From Utricularia gibba (taxonomy: Eukaryota; Plantae; Magnoliophyta): a stretch of 64,000 nt of DNA. The notes beneath the pieces were generated by a model that saw nothing but the letters and a program-made list of their open reading frames with translations, was not told the origin of the DNA and searched no databases. Below are positions 35,561 through 47,350 of this stretch, piece by piece. The stretch is from contig NEEC01000002.1 of the NCBI GenBank assembly GCA_002189035.1, forward strand, positions 6,510,001-6,574,000, given 5' to 3'. Positions within the stretch are counted from its first letter, which is position 1, and every line of letters begins with the position of its first letter. The position numbers and the translations under genes are program-made.

Positions 35561-37967
35561 TCAGTTCATCCTGCGAGGCTTCTGCATGCTCCATGCTTCA
35601 AGGGTCTCTATTGTGATGTCCTCAGTTCCATTATTGAATGCGTATAAATGTGCATCGCCATAGATTGCTAGTGTTGGATAAACTCTAGATGAGATGCAGG
35701 TTTTTCCTCCTGCCCCGAAACTCTCCACCACAGAGTTGTCAATCTGCCAACAAGAAAGGGAATGTAAGGTCTCATGCAGATACCTGTGTTAGCAGTGTTT
35801 GCATACCAAGCTCCTTAGGGAAATCTTATTGTCTATCAGATCGACATCCACAAATCCAGCAAATGAAGGCCTGTATGCCCCATCTTCTTTCTTTAAGCTG
35901 GACCTGCAAACCATGGTGGGAACACAGAGTCAGTCATGGAAGGAACAAAGCTATGAACTTGCGGTAGTTTCGAACATTGGTACCTTGATGCATCGGAGCA
36001 CATAAGAACTATATGTTTATTACCATCTCTGAAAATCCTAAAGAAAACGGGAGTGTATTCTTCCATATGTTTGGAAGCCAAGGTTATGATCCCGAATGGG
36101 CCTAATCCTCCCAAAACAGATGAGTTCTTCTGGCTGCATACCTTTTGCGCATCATACCTGCTCCAGTTTGTATTAAAAGGCTCTGATGTGTTCAAGCTTG
36201 GGAAGGAGAATGTCACTTCAACATCAGCTTGTGCAGGTGTTATTCCTTTGATTTCAACCTTGTCCCCCGTTCTGAGCGTCTGATTTTGCAGTGTCACCGT
36301 CGCACCTCTTAGAGATTCTACTTCTGTGACAGGCCACAGGAGGAGCTGCCTTCCGTTTGGATCGAGCACAACCGTGCGTGGGATAAGCTGCAGAGTCACA
36401 ATTAAGGAATCAGCATCCCTGAGACACAATTCATGAGCAGTGAGCATATACCTGAATTCCTGCCCAGCCCTTCTTAACATCATCTGCTCTGGAATCGGAT
36501 TCATTCGCCCAGCCCCACAAAATCCTCCTCCTCGTTTTGGCGTCGTAGAATGTTTTGGATGCATAAAAGTTCCCATAATCATACCTCAAACCATTCCATC
36601 CATCCACCATCCCTTTGTCAGGTGTAAAGGTATCACCATTCTCAGGCAAGTATGTCCCTATGGTGTAATACTCGTACCTGGTAGCATCAAGGCTTACTTT
36701 CAGGACGTGCTTGATACTCGGCCCTTGAGCAGAAGTATCCAACCCATTCTTCCCATTAACCAATACAGGATAGAAATCGGGACATTCAAAGTTTCCGGTC
36801 CCCGGCACGGTATGCAGCGGAGGCTCCTCCACCCAATTGATGAAATCCTTGCTCTTATACAAATACACTATCCCCGTGCTACCATTCCTGCCTCCTAAAG
36901 ACACCCTCCACTCCCCATCCTTCCCCTTCCAACCCGTCGTCGGATCACGGAAGGCGGTTTTGTTAATCGTGCCCAGCGGCACAATCAAAGGGTTGTTGTC
37001 CGGCTTGGTCCATCTCGCAAGAAACACATCGGATAAGTTCGCAGGAACGGCATAGTTTTGAACTTGCGTGTTGTTCTGATCAACTATTCCGGTGTAGAGT
37101 ATCACCGGCTTGTTCCCCGGCAGTATCGTGGCGGAACCCGACCAACACCCGTACTGATCGAACGGCTTCGAAGGCTGTATCGCGATCGGAAGCCTCCTCC
37201 AGTTGATCAAGTCCCTGGAGACGGAATGCGCCCACCGGATGTTCCCCCAGACGGCTCCGTTCGGGTTGTACTGGTAAAAAAGATGGTACACTCCGTTGTA
37301 GTACATTGGCCCTGTTAATTCCAGGAAAATTACATATTTTTTTAAAAATAAATATCTTAATATTCGAAAATACTGAAAACCGTACCGTTGGGATCTGATG
37401 TGTCGGCGTGGATCGATCCGCACCGTTCATCCATCACATGCAAAACAACCAATCAATAGGATCCCTTGGAATGATAACATAGCACGTGACACACATTCCC
37501 AAGTACCCAAGAATTATTACGGAAGGATAATTTCCATTACTATAAAATTAATTTAAATATTGAAACCAATTGGTAAGTAAATAAATAAATTAATTAATTA
37601 AGCAAGTATAGTATAGTATAGTGTGCGTCATGTACCATGCCACATCGTCTATAACTATATCCCATTGATCCCCATGCCACATGTCAGATTAGCCATCACA
37701 TGCATGATGGATGCATCATCTATATGATATATCCGTGTGTGCATAACAAAGTGAAATTACTTTTGAACCCTTCTCGCTCTGAAAGGATCCCGACAGAACA
37801 AACAACGCAGAGGAGTATAGTATGGTTGACTGACCGTTGATCCAGTTTCTCCGGGGCTGGAAATGGTACCCGGTTCGGAGGCTGTCGCCGGGTTTTGCAG
37901 CGGCGCCGGCGATGAAGACGGCGGCGAGGAGCAGGATCCATAAGGAAGCGGGGGTGGAGAGTTCCAT
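35561..37967 (-). CDS. CWINV: Cell-wall invertase (GH32 beta-fructofuranosidase); 6 exons including a 9-nt micro-exon
   Basis: Exons 37967-37835, 37394-37386, 37311-36452, 36387-35984, 35903-35807, 35743-35561. Signal peptide; WINDPNGP, RDP and FECPD (for WECPD) motifs; [13 protein letters not shown]. Confidence 0.96.
37386..37394 (-). other. 9-nt micro-exon ATCCCAACG supplying DPN of the NDPNG invertase motif
   Basis: CATCAG|ATCCCAACG|GTACG joins AAC G (exon 1) to GG CCA ATG (exon 3), giving N-D-P-N-G-P-M. Confidence 0.95.
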
Positions 37968-38327
37968 TCCGGCGGGGTGGAAGGAGGGAGGGAGAGAGTG
38001 TGCGGCCAATGAGGGGCCTTTTTATCGCGGGGGCGGAGGGGGGGTAATGAAAGGTCAAAGACAAGTTTCCTATTGGTCCGAAAAGTCTGCTGGCGACAAC
38101 GCACCACTCTCATTATTTCTGCATAAAAATTGTTGAATGGGGAGAGATTAGGGCGGGGGGTGGAGAAGAAGATGAGTGGCTGCGATGGTTGAAGTTTGGG
38201 CAAATCTATAACCGTGTAATTATGATGCTGTCGAATGGTTGAATTTTGGGGATTAGGTTGAAAAAGATTAATCTAGTAAAGTAATAGTTAAGTGTTGAAG
38301 ATGCGATTATTGAATGAAGATATTTTT

Positions 38328-38332
38328 AAAAA
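38328..38332 (-). terminator. Pol III terminator (T5) downstream of tRNA-Leu
   Basis: A5 on the + strand, 5 nt past the tRNA 3' end. Confidence 0.7.
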
Positions 38333-38334
38333 GG

Positions 38335-38337
<3 letters not shown>

Positions 38338-38417
<80 letters not shown>
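38338..38417 (-). tRNA. tRNA-Leu(UAG), 80 nt, intronless
   Basis: GACAGTTTGGCCGAGTGGTCTAAGGCGCCAGATTTAGGCTCTGGTCCGAAAGGGCGTGGGTTCAAATCCCACAGCTGTCA: acceptor stem, A box, CCAGA/TCTGG anticodon stem with TAG, long variable arm, GGTTCAAATCC B box. Confidence 0.97.
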
Positions 38418-38632
38418 GGGTTGATTTTAAAGTCGTTGTGTTTTTTTCATGTAGCAAATGCTTACGTCACCACTACGCAAAATCCCTAGCTTTTCACAAA
38501 CTGGACTGTCCAATTCGATCTCGACGCGCCACATGGGAGTGCAGCCCTTCTACTTTCCCCTCGGCACCGACGAGGCACGACCGCCGTTAAGCATCCCCCG
38601 CCGCCTATCGCTCCTCGTCCGGGGATGTATCC

Positions 38633-39469
38633 ATGAAAAAAAGGGCCGTCTTGATTCGGTCGGTGTGGTCGGAAAACCTCGATTATGAGTTCTGTCTCAT
38701 TCGCGATGCCATTGATCGGTACCCTTTTGTTTCCATGGACACTGAGTTTCCTGGCGTCGTTTTCCGTCTCCAACATCACTATTCCGACCCATTTGATCAC
38801 TACCAGACTCTGAAATGCAATGTCGACGCCCTCAAGTTGATTCAGGTTGGGATCGTGTTGTCCGACTCGTTGGGGAATCTGCCTGACCTTGGTTCTCCCG
38901 ATCAGTGTTTCATCTGGGAGTTCAATTTCTGTGATTTTGATGTCTCCTGTGATGATCACGCCCCAAACTCTATTGAACTTCTTCGCCAGCAGGGTCTTGA
39001 TTTCGAGATGACCCGCTTATATGGAGCTTCCATTGCTCGCTTTGCTGAGCACATGGTGTCATCCGGCCTCCTTTGTAATGGGAAGGTTACTTACATCACT
39101 TTCCATAGCGGATACGACTTCGGATACCTCATCAAAGCCATCACGGGGACATCACTTCCTAGAACATTGCCCGAGTTTCTTCGTCTTCTAGGCATCCTCT
39201 TTGGTAACCGTATTTATGATGTGAAGCACTTGATGAGATTCTACCCTGGGCTCTATGGGGGCTTGGATAAAGTTGCAAAATCTATAGGAGTTAAGCGTGT
39301 CGTAGGCAGGTCTCATCAGGCTGGTTCTGATGGTCTGCTCACTTGGCATGTATTTGAAAAGATTCGGTCTTTACGTTTCGGCAACGATGAGAAACAGGAT
39401 CTCCCTGAAAAGCATGCTGGCGTTCTTTATGGGTTAGAGGCCTCTGGTCCTCTAGCTTCTTTAATCTAG
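38633..39469 (+). CDS. CAF1: CCR4-associated factor 1 (CAF1/POP2) deadenylase, CAF1-11-like, single exon
   Basis: DEDDh motifs SMDTEFPG, FHSGYDFGY, HQAGSDGLL; IRSVWSENL; WEFNF. Confidence 0.95.
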   Translation: MKKRAVLIRSVWSENLDYEFCLIRDAIDRYPFVSMDTEFPGVVFRLQHHYSDPFDHYQTLKCNVDALKLIQVGIVLSDSLGNLPDLGSPDQCFIWEFNFCDFDVSCDDHAPNSIELLRQQGLDFEMTRLYGASIARFAEHMVSSGLLCNGKVTYITFHSGYDFGYLIKAITGTSLPRTLPEFLRLLGILFGNRIYDVKHLMRFYPGLYGGLDKVAKSIGVKRVVGRSHQAGSDGLLTWHVFEKIRSLRFGNDEKQDLPEKHAGVLYGLEASGPLASLI

Positions 39470-40543
39470 CCTCCATGAACTTGATAGATCAATTGGCTCG
39501 CCGGTTGTTAGGTTTTTCTGGCGGTTCATCCGTGAATCAGTCCTAGTGCTTTCAATATTAGAGGCCAAGTACATGTTTCTGCTTTCTGATATTCTTTATT
39601 CTTTGTGAATAAACACCCTATTATTTCTTGCATAATCTCTATTTCACTGGAAAAACCAACTTGATAGCTTGAAATTTCTTTTATAGCATTGAACTTTATA
39701 CAGGAGTTAATGTACCTTGTAGTGGTTTCATCTATCACAATGTCGACATTTCCTGGGTCGACCCTGCAAGTACTACGAGCCCCTGATGATCAAACCAAGT
39801 ACATGTGCCATGGCTATGATCTCGATTTTGATAAAAAGATTGATGATTTGCTTCAAACTTCTTGTTTTCAGACAACCATTTTCCAGAATCCACTTTGAAA
39901 CGCCATCTGAGTAACTGAAAGCCCTTCTGCTGATCTGAATTGGTAAGTGGAGAGTGGCTTCTTAAAGCTTCCTTATGTCTTGTGCTTTGCTTGTCCTAGA
40001 TGAAAGGTGGGATCTTATGCATGCACTCCTCCATTCATGTGCACCCATCTTTTGAAGGACCGTAAATTCAATAGTTACTGATGGTTGGAAGTGAAGTGAA
40101 CATCTATGCATTCCTCAGAAAAGTTGCAGGTTGTAAAGAACGTGACTTTTGACATTGGTTTGGAGTGTTCGTCAGTTTCTAGAAACTATGAGCATGCTCT
40201 ATGTTAAAAGCTTTTGGCTTTACGGTTTGTTTTCTCTTCACTTTTCATCGGAAACTGGAAGCCAAGGTATAAAGACATAAAAAACAGGCTACCGGAAATA
40301 CGAGCGCAAGTAAAACTGGGTTTTAACCTGAAATTTTTTTGGAAATTGCATTTGCATCTAAAAGCAACTTGGATGCAATTCGTTGACTTCAACTACGTGG
40401 AATTGTTCGGCTGATCGGACCGATCGGTTTGTAAAGGATTTTTCCGTCCCAAGTTCACGATTCACCACTAGATAAGACTTTTTGGTAGTCGCTCTAGGCC
40501 ACTCAGTCCCAACGTTGGATTTCTGTGTAGCTATTGGGCTTAA

Positions 40544-41791
40544 ATGACATCCACCGGGACTTGCATTTCCGCCGCTGCGTACGTCAACGGCGTTAGTCTT
40601 TGTTCTACCCTACGTGGGAGCTGCGCATTGATTTTGAAGACGGAGGCGAGGAGCCGTACATGTAGCTCTGCTGTGACTTGCGCTCTCGCAACTGAGGATG
40701 TGCGGAGGACCAGGCGGGTAATCTCGCTGTCCCTGGTTCTTTTAGGCGGAGTCTTCTCTTTAGAGAAAGGTGCGCGACTACTGTTTGATGAAATTCCTCA
40801 TCGATTTTATTTGTATTTCGATGCTTTTGAGTTCCCTTATTGCTTTTCCATGTGTTCCGGTGTCTGCAGATGCAATGAGCGCAAGCGTCCTGGACAAGTA
40901 CTTGAAAAAGTATGAACGGGTTCTTTGAAATCCGCGCACTTCTTCAGACTATTTCATGTGCTAAAATTGATCTTCCTTTGATCAAGGAAGAAGCTTGATC
41001 CGCTGGAGTCTTATATTCCCGCTGTTCTACTCACCGAGAGGCAGATTGCGGAACTGGGTAATCAATTATACACGTTTGTGTTCCTCCAAGAATCTTCTAA
41101 CCTGAGCAGACTTTGTTGGAGATTAAGAAATGTAGTTGTAAGTGAAGCATTATTTCAAATGCAGGGGATGACCTTGATGCTGATTCACCCCGGTTTGCTG
41201 ATTGCAGAAATCTTCTGAGATCTGGCCCTGCATCATCTCTACGTGTTAATATTCGAGCAGTGAGAGCCATTGCCTTCACTTAGACATGGTCTTATTTTTT
41301 GCAGCTCATTTGGCGTGATTTTGCCGTTGTATAGGTTGCTCAGTATGCTTCTGATGCTGGGAAGGGCCCAGCCGCCTTCAGTGAAGTTGACGAGTGTCTG
41401 AGGTAACTGACTTCAGATTGGCGTTCCTCTCGATTTTTTGATGTTTTTCCTGTTTCATCGTCTATAATGATTCTGCAGAGCACTAGAAGAACTAGACTCG
41501 CTTCTTCTCCGGGCGTCCAGGAACGATCCCAATGCTTCAATCGAGCCAATGAAAGCTAGAATTGTTGCAGCACTCAACGCACTGAACAGGTGCCATTACT
41601 TCCCTTGTTTTCCAACGTACGTGACATGAATCTGAGTTGAGATTTCGTTTCCCAGACTTCTGAAAACGGTTCCAGATGATGTGCTGGATAAGGGAAAGGC
41701 CATGGCGGAAGCATATCTAACTCCAGGAGAGGATTTTGCACCTGAAAGCGTGGACCCTCAGCTAACAAAGCAGTTGCAGTCCATACTGTGA
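40544..41791 (+). CDS. Conserved chloroplast/thylakoid protein of unknown function (recalled as At1g49975-like); 7 exons
   Basis: Exons 40544-40769, 40870-40910, 40987-41057, 41165-41259, about 41335-41402, 41479-41588, 41657-41791, all in phase. Transit peptide, then RR plus hydrophobic stretch and A-x-A; LDPLESYIPAV, LLRSGPASSLRVNIRAVAQYASD, LQSIL*. Confidence 0.85.
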
Positions 41792-42284
41792 GCTCTCCCC
41801 CTGCCTTAAATCACCATTTCTGTGCTTTATCAACTTCTTCATCTCACTGCAAGTCGTTTCAAGAACCAGTTCCCATCCGTAACATGAAGCACCATTTGTA
41901 AGTTTTAGCAGGTTAAACTGTAAAAGCAAGGGACTCGAGTCAAGATGATTGTTATGTCAAAATCTTGATCTAGTTCATGTATGTACACTTGCTACAGATG
42001 TGTAGAAGAAATTGAATTGGTCATTAAATTGGCAGTTGCGGATATGAGAAATGGGGCTCATTTCTGACATCTATATTCAATGCACAAACGGCATCCTCTT
42101 GCAACCAACGTGACAATTCATGGTTTGAGCAGAACTTCAACCTGCTCCTTCTCCCTCGCCATTTATGAGCATGCATCCATCACAAACCAGTACGCCGGAC
42201 TTTCTGTAAATGCCACCACACACAAACGATCTCCGGTACAAGGAGTTGCTTCCTGGTCTGTGTGAGAAACACACCACTCGAATG

Positions 42285-43615
42285 CTATGAATAGAGTTGC
42301 TTATTTTTACAGGGAGCAGCTTGATGATCATTTGTATTGTGAGGGATCAAAGAGATAAGCTTTTCAGGGAAACATGGCGAGGAGCTCCAAGCCTTGCCTG
42401 CAACTTGAAATATTTCCCACGATCTACTCTTCGTCTTCGATCCTGAATTCACCTGAAGAACGATCGACAATTTTGAAGCAACCCCGACTTGCAGCATTTC
42501 CTGGAGCACCCTTGGAGTTGCAGAGAACCTGGCGATGTTGTTTCGTAACTTTCAGACAATTGAGAACCCATAAACCAATTCAAAACGCAATGAAACCTGG
42601 AGATTGAGTGCAAAATCTTGACAGCCCTCTCGCTGGCGAAGGTTGAAACTCTAAGAATCTTCTTGGAGAGAGCGGCTAAACCGGCGGCATGGGCGAGAAG
42701 CTGGGCGCGTCCCTCGGCGCATTGGCAGAGCAAATCAAGTAGCATTAGAGTCATTTCATTGAGCCTTTTATCAGGGGAGTTGTTCAGGAGGAGTTCGATT
42801 AGAAGATGAACTGTTCCTGCTTCCACAGCTTTGATTCTGTTTCTTCCCCATGGACATGACATGATCAGAACTTGAAGAGCTGATTTGGATGCCCTTACCG
42901 AGACCTGGTCGTTCAGAACCCGAGCGAACTCGACGAAGAACCCGGGTTTTAATCCCGTTAAAACCTCTGGTTTGGGATCGTGTCGTTCGAGTATTTGATA
43001 CAGTAGAACGGTTGATCTTTCTCTTGATTCGGAGCTCCCGTTTTGCATTGAACTTGCAAGAGATGCTATGAATTCAGAGGTGTTCAGAGAAGCTAGCTCT
43101 GTTTCTGATAATTGACGGGAGAAGAGGATGCTCAACGCCTCTTCCCGGGCTTCCCTGGGTACATCTCTACCATGGTAGCTGATGAGGGAAGCCAGAAACT
43201 CCACGCCGCCGGCGGAGTCGATGACCCTTCGGTTGGACATACTGCAGGAGGAAGCGGATCTGATATTCTGCAGACACCTAATCTGCATCTCCGGCGACTT
43301 CTCCGATCGGATATTATTCGTAATCTCCGACTCGGTAACCACCGGCTTCGGCATAGCGAGGCCTCGGCCGCCATGCGCGGCGGCCCAGGACTGGATCAAA
43401 CGTCGGAGAGTGATGTTGGGAGTCAACTCCTGGTCGATGAGTGGCTGCTTCGTGACGGGGCAGGTGGCGGGGGTGGCGCCGGAAAAGAGCCACTTCTCGA
43501 TGGAGCCGCGGTCGTAGGTTATTCCGGTGGTGAGTGTGACGGGGTCCTCCATAATCTCAAGAGAAATGGGGCAGAGGAAGTAACGAGGGATCCCGGAATC
43601 CGAATCCTCCTCCAT
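42285..43615 (-). CDS. PUB: U-box E3 ubiquitin ligase, PUB22/23/24 type; exons 43615-42597 and 42528-42285 if the 68-nt insert is spliced
   Basis: U-box FLCPISLEIMEDPVTLTTGITYDRGSIEKW; CPWGRNRIKAVEAG; LCQCAEGRAQLLAH; after removing the insert, SRFSATPRVLQEMLQVGVASKL...WSSSPC matches the family C-terminus. Confidence 0.9.
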
Positions 43616-44147
43616 GGACGGTGCTTCCGGGGAACTGGCTCCTCCATTTTATACTTACGGGGGGCATCCGCCATGACTCCTTCTAAACTAGGGTGTAGGT
43701 AATGACAATATTTATTTATATTCATTTTTATTACATAAAATATTTTTAATAAAAACTTGCAGCAACAATAATATGAATAATGCCCACCATGTTTTAAAGA
43801 GTCAAATGAACATCGGAGGTCACAATTAATGTTGACTTTATTAGGAATATAGAAATATTTTAATCATATTTTATTTTTACAAAATATTAGTTAATTAATT
43901 TATATTAAATATGAGTAAATAATATTTTAAAAATAAAAAAGTTTCTATTAGTAACTAATGTAACAATTGTTTGAGGTACTTACAAATTTCAATAACGATC
44001 AAATAGAAAAAAAATCATTTAAAATTAAAAAATGGCACAATCAAATGAATATTTATTTGCTTGGGTGGGTTAATATGAGTGATACATTACAAGTCATCTT
44101 TTGCTTCTAAAAGAAGACCATTTCTCTTTGAATGTTTTTTTTGTATT

Positions 44148-44640
44148 ATAATACTATATATCAATTTATTGTTTTAATAAGCATTTTTTTAATTTGGATG
44201 AAGCTATGATAAATGATGAACAATGTTTTAACTCATCAAAAAAATCATGAACATCTTGCACAAATGGTTCATGATTTGAAATATTCAATCATGATTAAAT
44301 CATTCGTTTTTTTAACATAATACTATATAACACTTTATTGTTTTAATAAGTATTTTTAATTATGATAAAACTATGATAAATAGTGAGTAATATTTTAAAT
44401 CCTCAAAAAAATCATAAACATCTTGCGCAAATGGTGCATGATTTGAGATATTCAATTGTGGTTGAATAATTTGCTTTTTTAATATAATACTATATATCAG
44501 TTTATTGTTTTAATAAGTATTTTTTAATTATGATAAATAATGAGTAATATTTTAAAATTGTCCATAAATCATGAATAGCTTGTATGAATAATTCAAGATT
44601 TAGAAGGTTCAACCATGATTGAATCATTCGTTTTTTTAAA
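44148..44640. repeat. Three degenerate tandem copies of a ~168-bp AT-rich unit
   Basis: Anchor ATAATACTATATA at 44148, 44317 and 44484 (periods 169 and 167); each is followed by TTTATTGTTTTAATAAG and later by an AATCAT.AA block. Confidence 0.9.
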
Positions 44641-45897
44641 TCAATTTGATGGTGATTTATTTTATTTATATTTTAAAACACTCAAATTTAATCCGAACAT
44701 TTATATTAATAATTTGCAATTGAATTGTAGTTTTTAAAACACAAATAAAACAAGAAATCATCCATATCTTGGAAATTGATGCTACAACATCAGCCTGGAG
44801 ATGGGCTGGGCTACATGTGGTAGCTTTAATTTTGTGGAAAATCAGTGATATATTTGATTTTCATCAAAAATCAAATATAAACAATTTTCTAGAAAATTTT
44901 TAGAATCTATTTTTATTTTTTCAAAAATACTTTAAAGAATTAAAAATAATTGATATAAATAGAAAAAAATGTAATTGTTCTATAAAAATGTAAAAATAGA
45001 TGCATTATTATTTTTCAAACGAAAGAAATAAGTGAAAAAAATAGAAATAGATGTAAAAGTAAATCATTACTTATTTTTTCAAAAGTAATTTTTATTGTAT
45101 AATTTCAAAATTACTTTTGGTAGTATTAATTTCACAATTGTTAGTGTTATTGAAAAAATTATTTCATTTTTTGAAAAATAAAAATAGATTCTAAAATTTT
45201 TTCAGAAAATTTAATACTTTATTTTCTTGAAAAAATAATTTGGGGATGAATTTTGGAAATTTAAAATAATAGAATAATAGTGTATTATTTTGCTAAACGC
45301 GGGCTCGGTTCATGAAGAAGAGCCCAATAAGGGGGACTGGTACACATGAACACCGAAGAACAAATGTGCGGTTCATCGGGGGTTAGATTCATTGCCCAAT
45401 TTCTGAGGTGGGATCCTTCAAGTTCCTCGCTCCGAGGATTCTATCTGCTAATTCATCAGCCCTTTGAATCGCATGTTGTATTATGGCCCTTGAGGATGGG
45501 AACAGAGCTCACCGCTTTCCTCGCCATATTGCGTCTGCGCGAAAGTGGGTTTCTGCTCATCGGAAGCCTTAGAAAGTATGGGCATTTTATCTACTTCTTT
45601 TTTATGCTGTTTTTTTGTTTATATTGGAAGGTATGCATCCTAAGCCCCAACCAAGAGTCTTGCTTTGCGGTTATCGTTTGGCCAGAAGTTTGATTACGTT
45701 TGCCCCTGAATCTGTATGAAAAAATGCCGAGCACCAAGCCATGTACTCTTCAGTTTCTTGAGTTCCCATTGAATTCAAGTGTTTCAACTCGCTGCTAAGT
45801 GTGCAATACATTGTATTTCATACTTTAGGTGATGGGGGTTTGAATTCTGTTTCCTATTTGCAGGTTCAGTGTGGCTAAAAGTGCTAGCAACTAGTTG

Positions 45898-47343
45898 ATG
45901 GAATCATATGTGAGTTTCTTCAAGTTTATATGTTGTGGTTGTGTTTTTGGTGCTATTGCCTGTTATACGATTTTTGTCTTGATTAGGGTTGATCTGTTTT
46001 GAGTCTGATTGTATTAGGAATCTTGTTTGCATGACTTGTAGGATGATGAATCAAGAAGGTTTGATGACAGAGCAACCAGTGATCTTGTAGTAAGAATCAG
46101 AACACAGGATGGTCGTGATGAATGGATCTATTGTCACTCACAAGTACTTGCCATGAAAAGCAAGTACTTTGCTGATCGGCTATCCGATACTTGGCCGACA
46201 TGCCAGATCCTGGATTCACGGAACTGTGTTGAAGTTTGCTGTGAAGAGATCGACTTTGATAGTTACATAGCTGTTCTTCGACTCATATACTCCTCTGAAA
46301 TCGCAGTCAGTGATCTTGGCAGCATTAAGAATGCCCTTGGTATTCTGAGGGTAGCCTTTGAACTCGGATGCCCGGGTATTGTTTCCTCTTGTGTGGACTA
46401 CATGGAGGCAGCACCTTGGGAAGAATCAGAGGAAGAAGAGATATTGAAAGTTATACCAAGCATGGGATCAGGAATGGAACGAGTACTTGCTCGTCTGCAG
46501 CCTGTAGATCCAGCAGCCATACATGGTGTTTTCCTCTCAGCCATCAGATTTGCCACTTCATCACCCCCTTCTGCTATGAATGATCTGAAAACCTCAGCAC
46601 AAGAACAACTTGAGTACATGCTCACAGAAGATGAGGATGCCCCTCTTTTAATAGCTGATGAGGAGGTCAAATCAGAAGCAAAGCAATGTATCAGTACCAT
46701 GTTTTCAAGGTTTGTGAGCCTTGTGGACTCTGCCATTTCAGATGTCTACTGCCCGGTTTTTGGGATGGGTAAATCCGAATTGCTAATCTCGTATTTGTCC
46801 GACCTTTCATGGGCTTCCCAGATACTCACCAAACTCGAATGCCCAAAGGAGTTCATCTCATCCTGGGTAGAGATATCACCAAACATGGTGAAACTCATAG
46901 ATCAAGTAGAATCCCAGGGCTGCTCCTCAGTTGGGATTAAGTTTAAGATACTTGAATTCTCTGGAAAAGTCCTAGAGGCCATCGGATGTGGAAATGTCAT
47001 TCTGCCAACCATAACACGGTTGGACATGGTCAAATTATGGCTCCCGTTTTCAAGTTCAGTGAAGCGGGCTGTAGATTCATCTCCTTCGGATAATGAAAAT
47101 GAGCTGTTGGTGAAGTCCGATGGAGAGTTCTGGCAGTCTCTGGAGTCGTCGTTTGTTTCAATCATCCTTACCCTGCCATCAACAGACCAGGCTGAGATCC
47201 TGAAGGAGTGGCTGGAAAGTGAAGATGCCAAGTATCCTGATCTGGGGGAAGCATTTGAGGTCTGGTGCTACAGGTCCAAGGTCGCAAGAAGAAGATTAGG
47301 TTTGGTGGATGAAAGCAACCCTTCCACTGAAGAAGCATCATGA
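45898..47343 (+). CDS. BTB/POZ domain protein (At3g05675-like); 2 coding exons (45898-45909, 46042-47343) plus upstream UTR exon(s)
   Basis: MESY|DDESRRFDDRATSDLVVRIRTQDGRDEWIYCHSQVL, KSKYFADRLSDTWPTCQILDSRNCVEV, CVDYMEAAPWEESEEEEIL, YPDLGEAFEVWCYRSKVARRRL. Confidence 0.92.
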
Positions 47344-47350
47344 TACAAGG

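Noticed and set aside
36220-36245. No intron at [10 protein letters not shown] in the invertase
   Set aside because: Six-exon cell-wall invertases are already known (recalled for tomato LIN genes), so this is not unusual.
39689-39898. Short plus-strand ORF downstream of CAF1
   Set aside because: No recognizable motif; probably 3'UTR or intergenic.
43112-43702. 196-aa plus-strand ORF and other overlapping ORFs
   Set aside because: Antisense shadows of the GC-rich PUB CDS.
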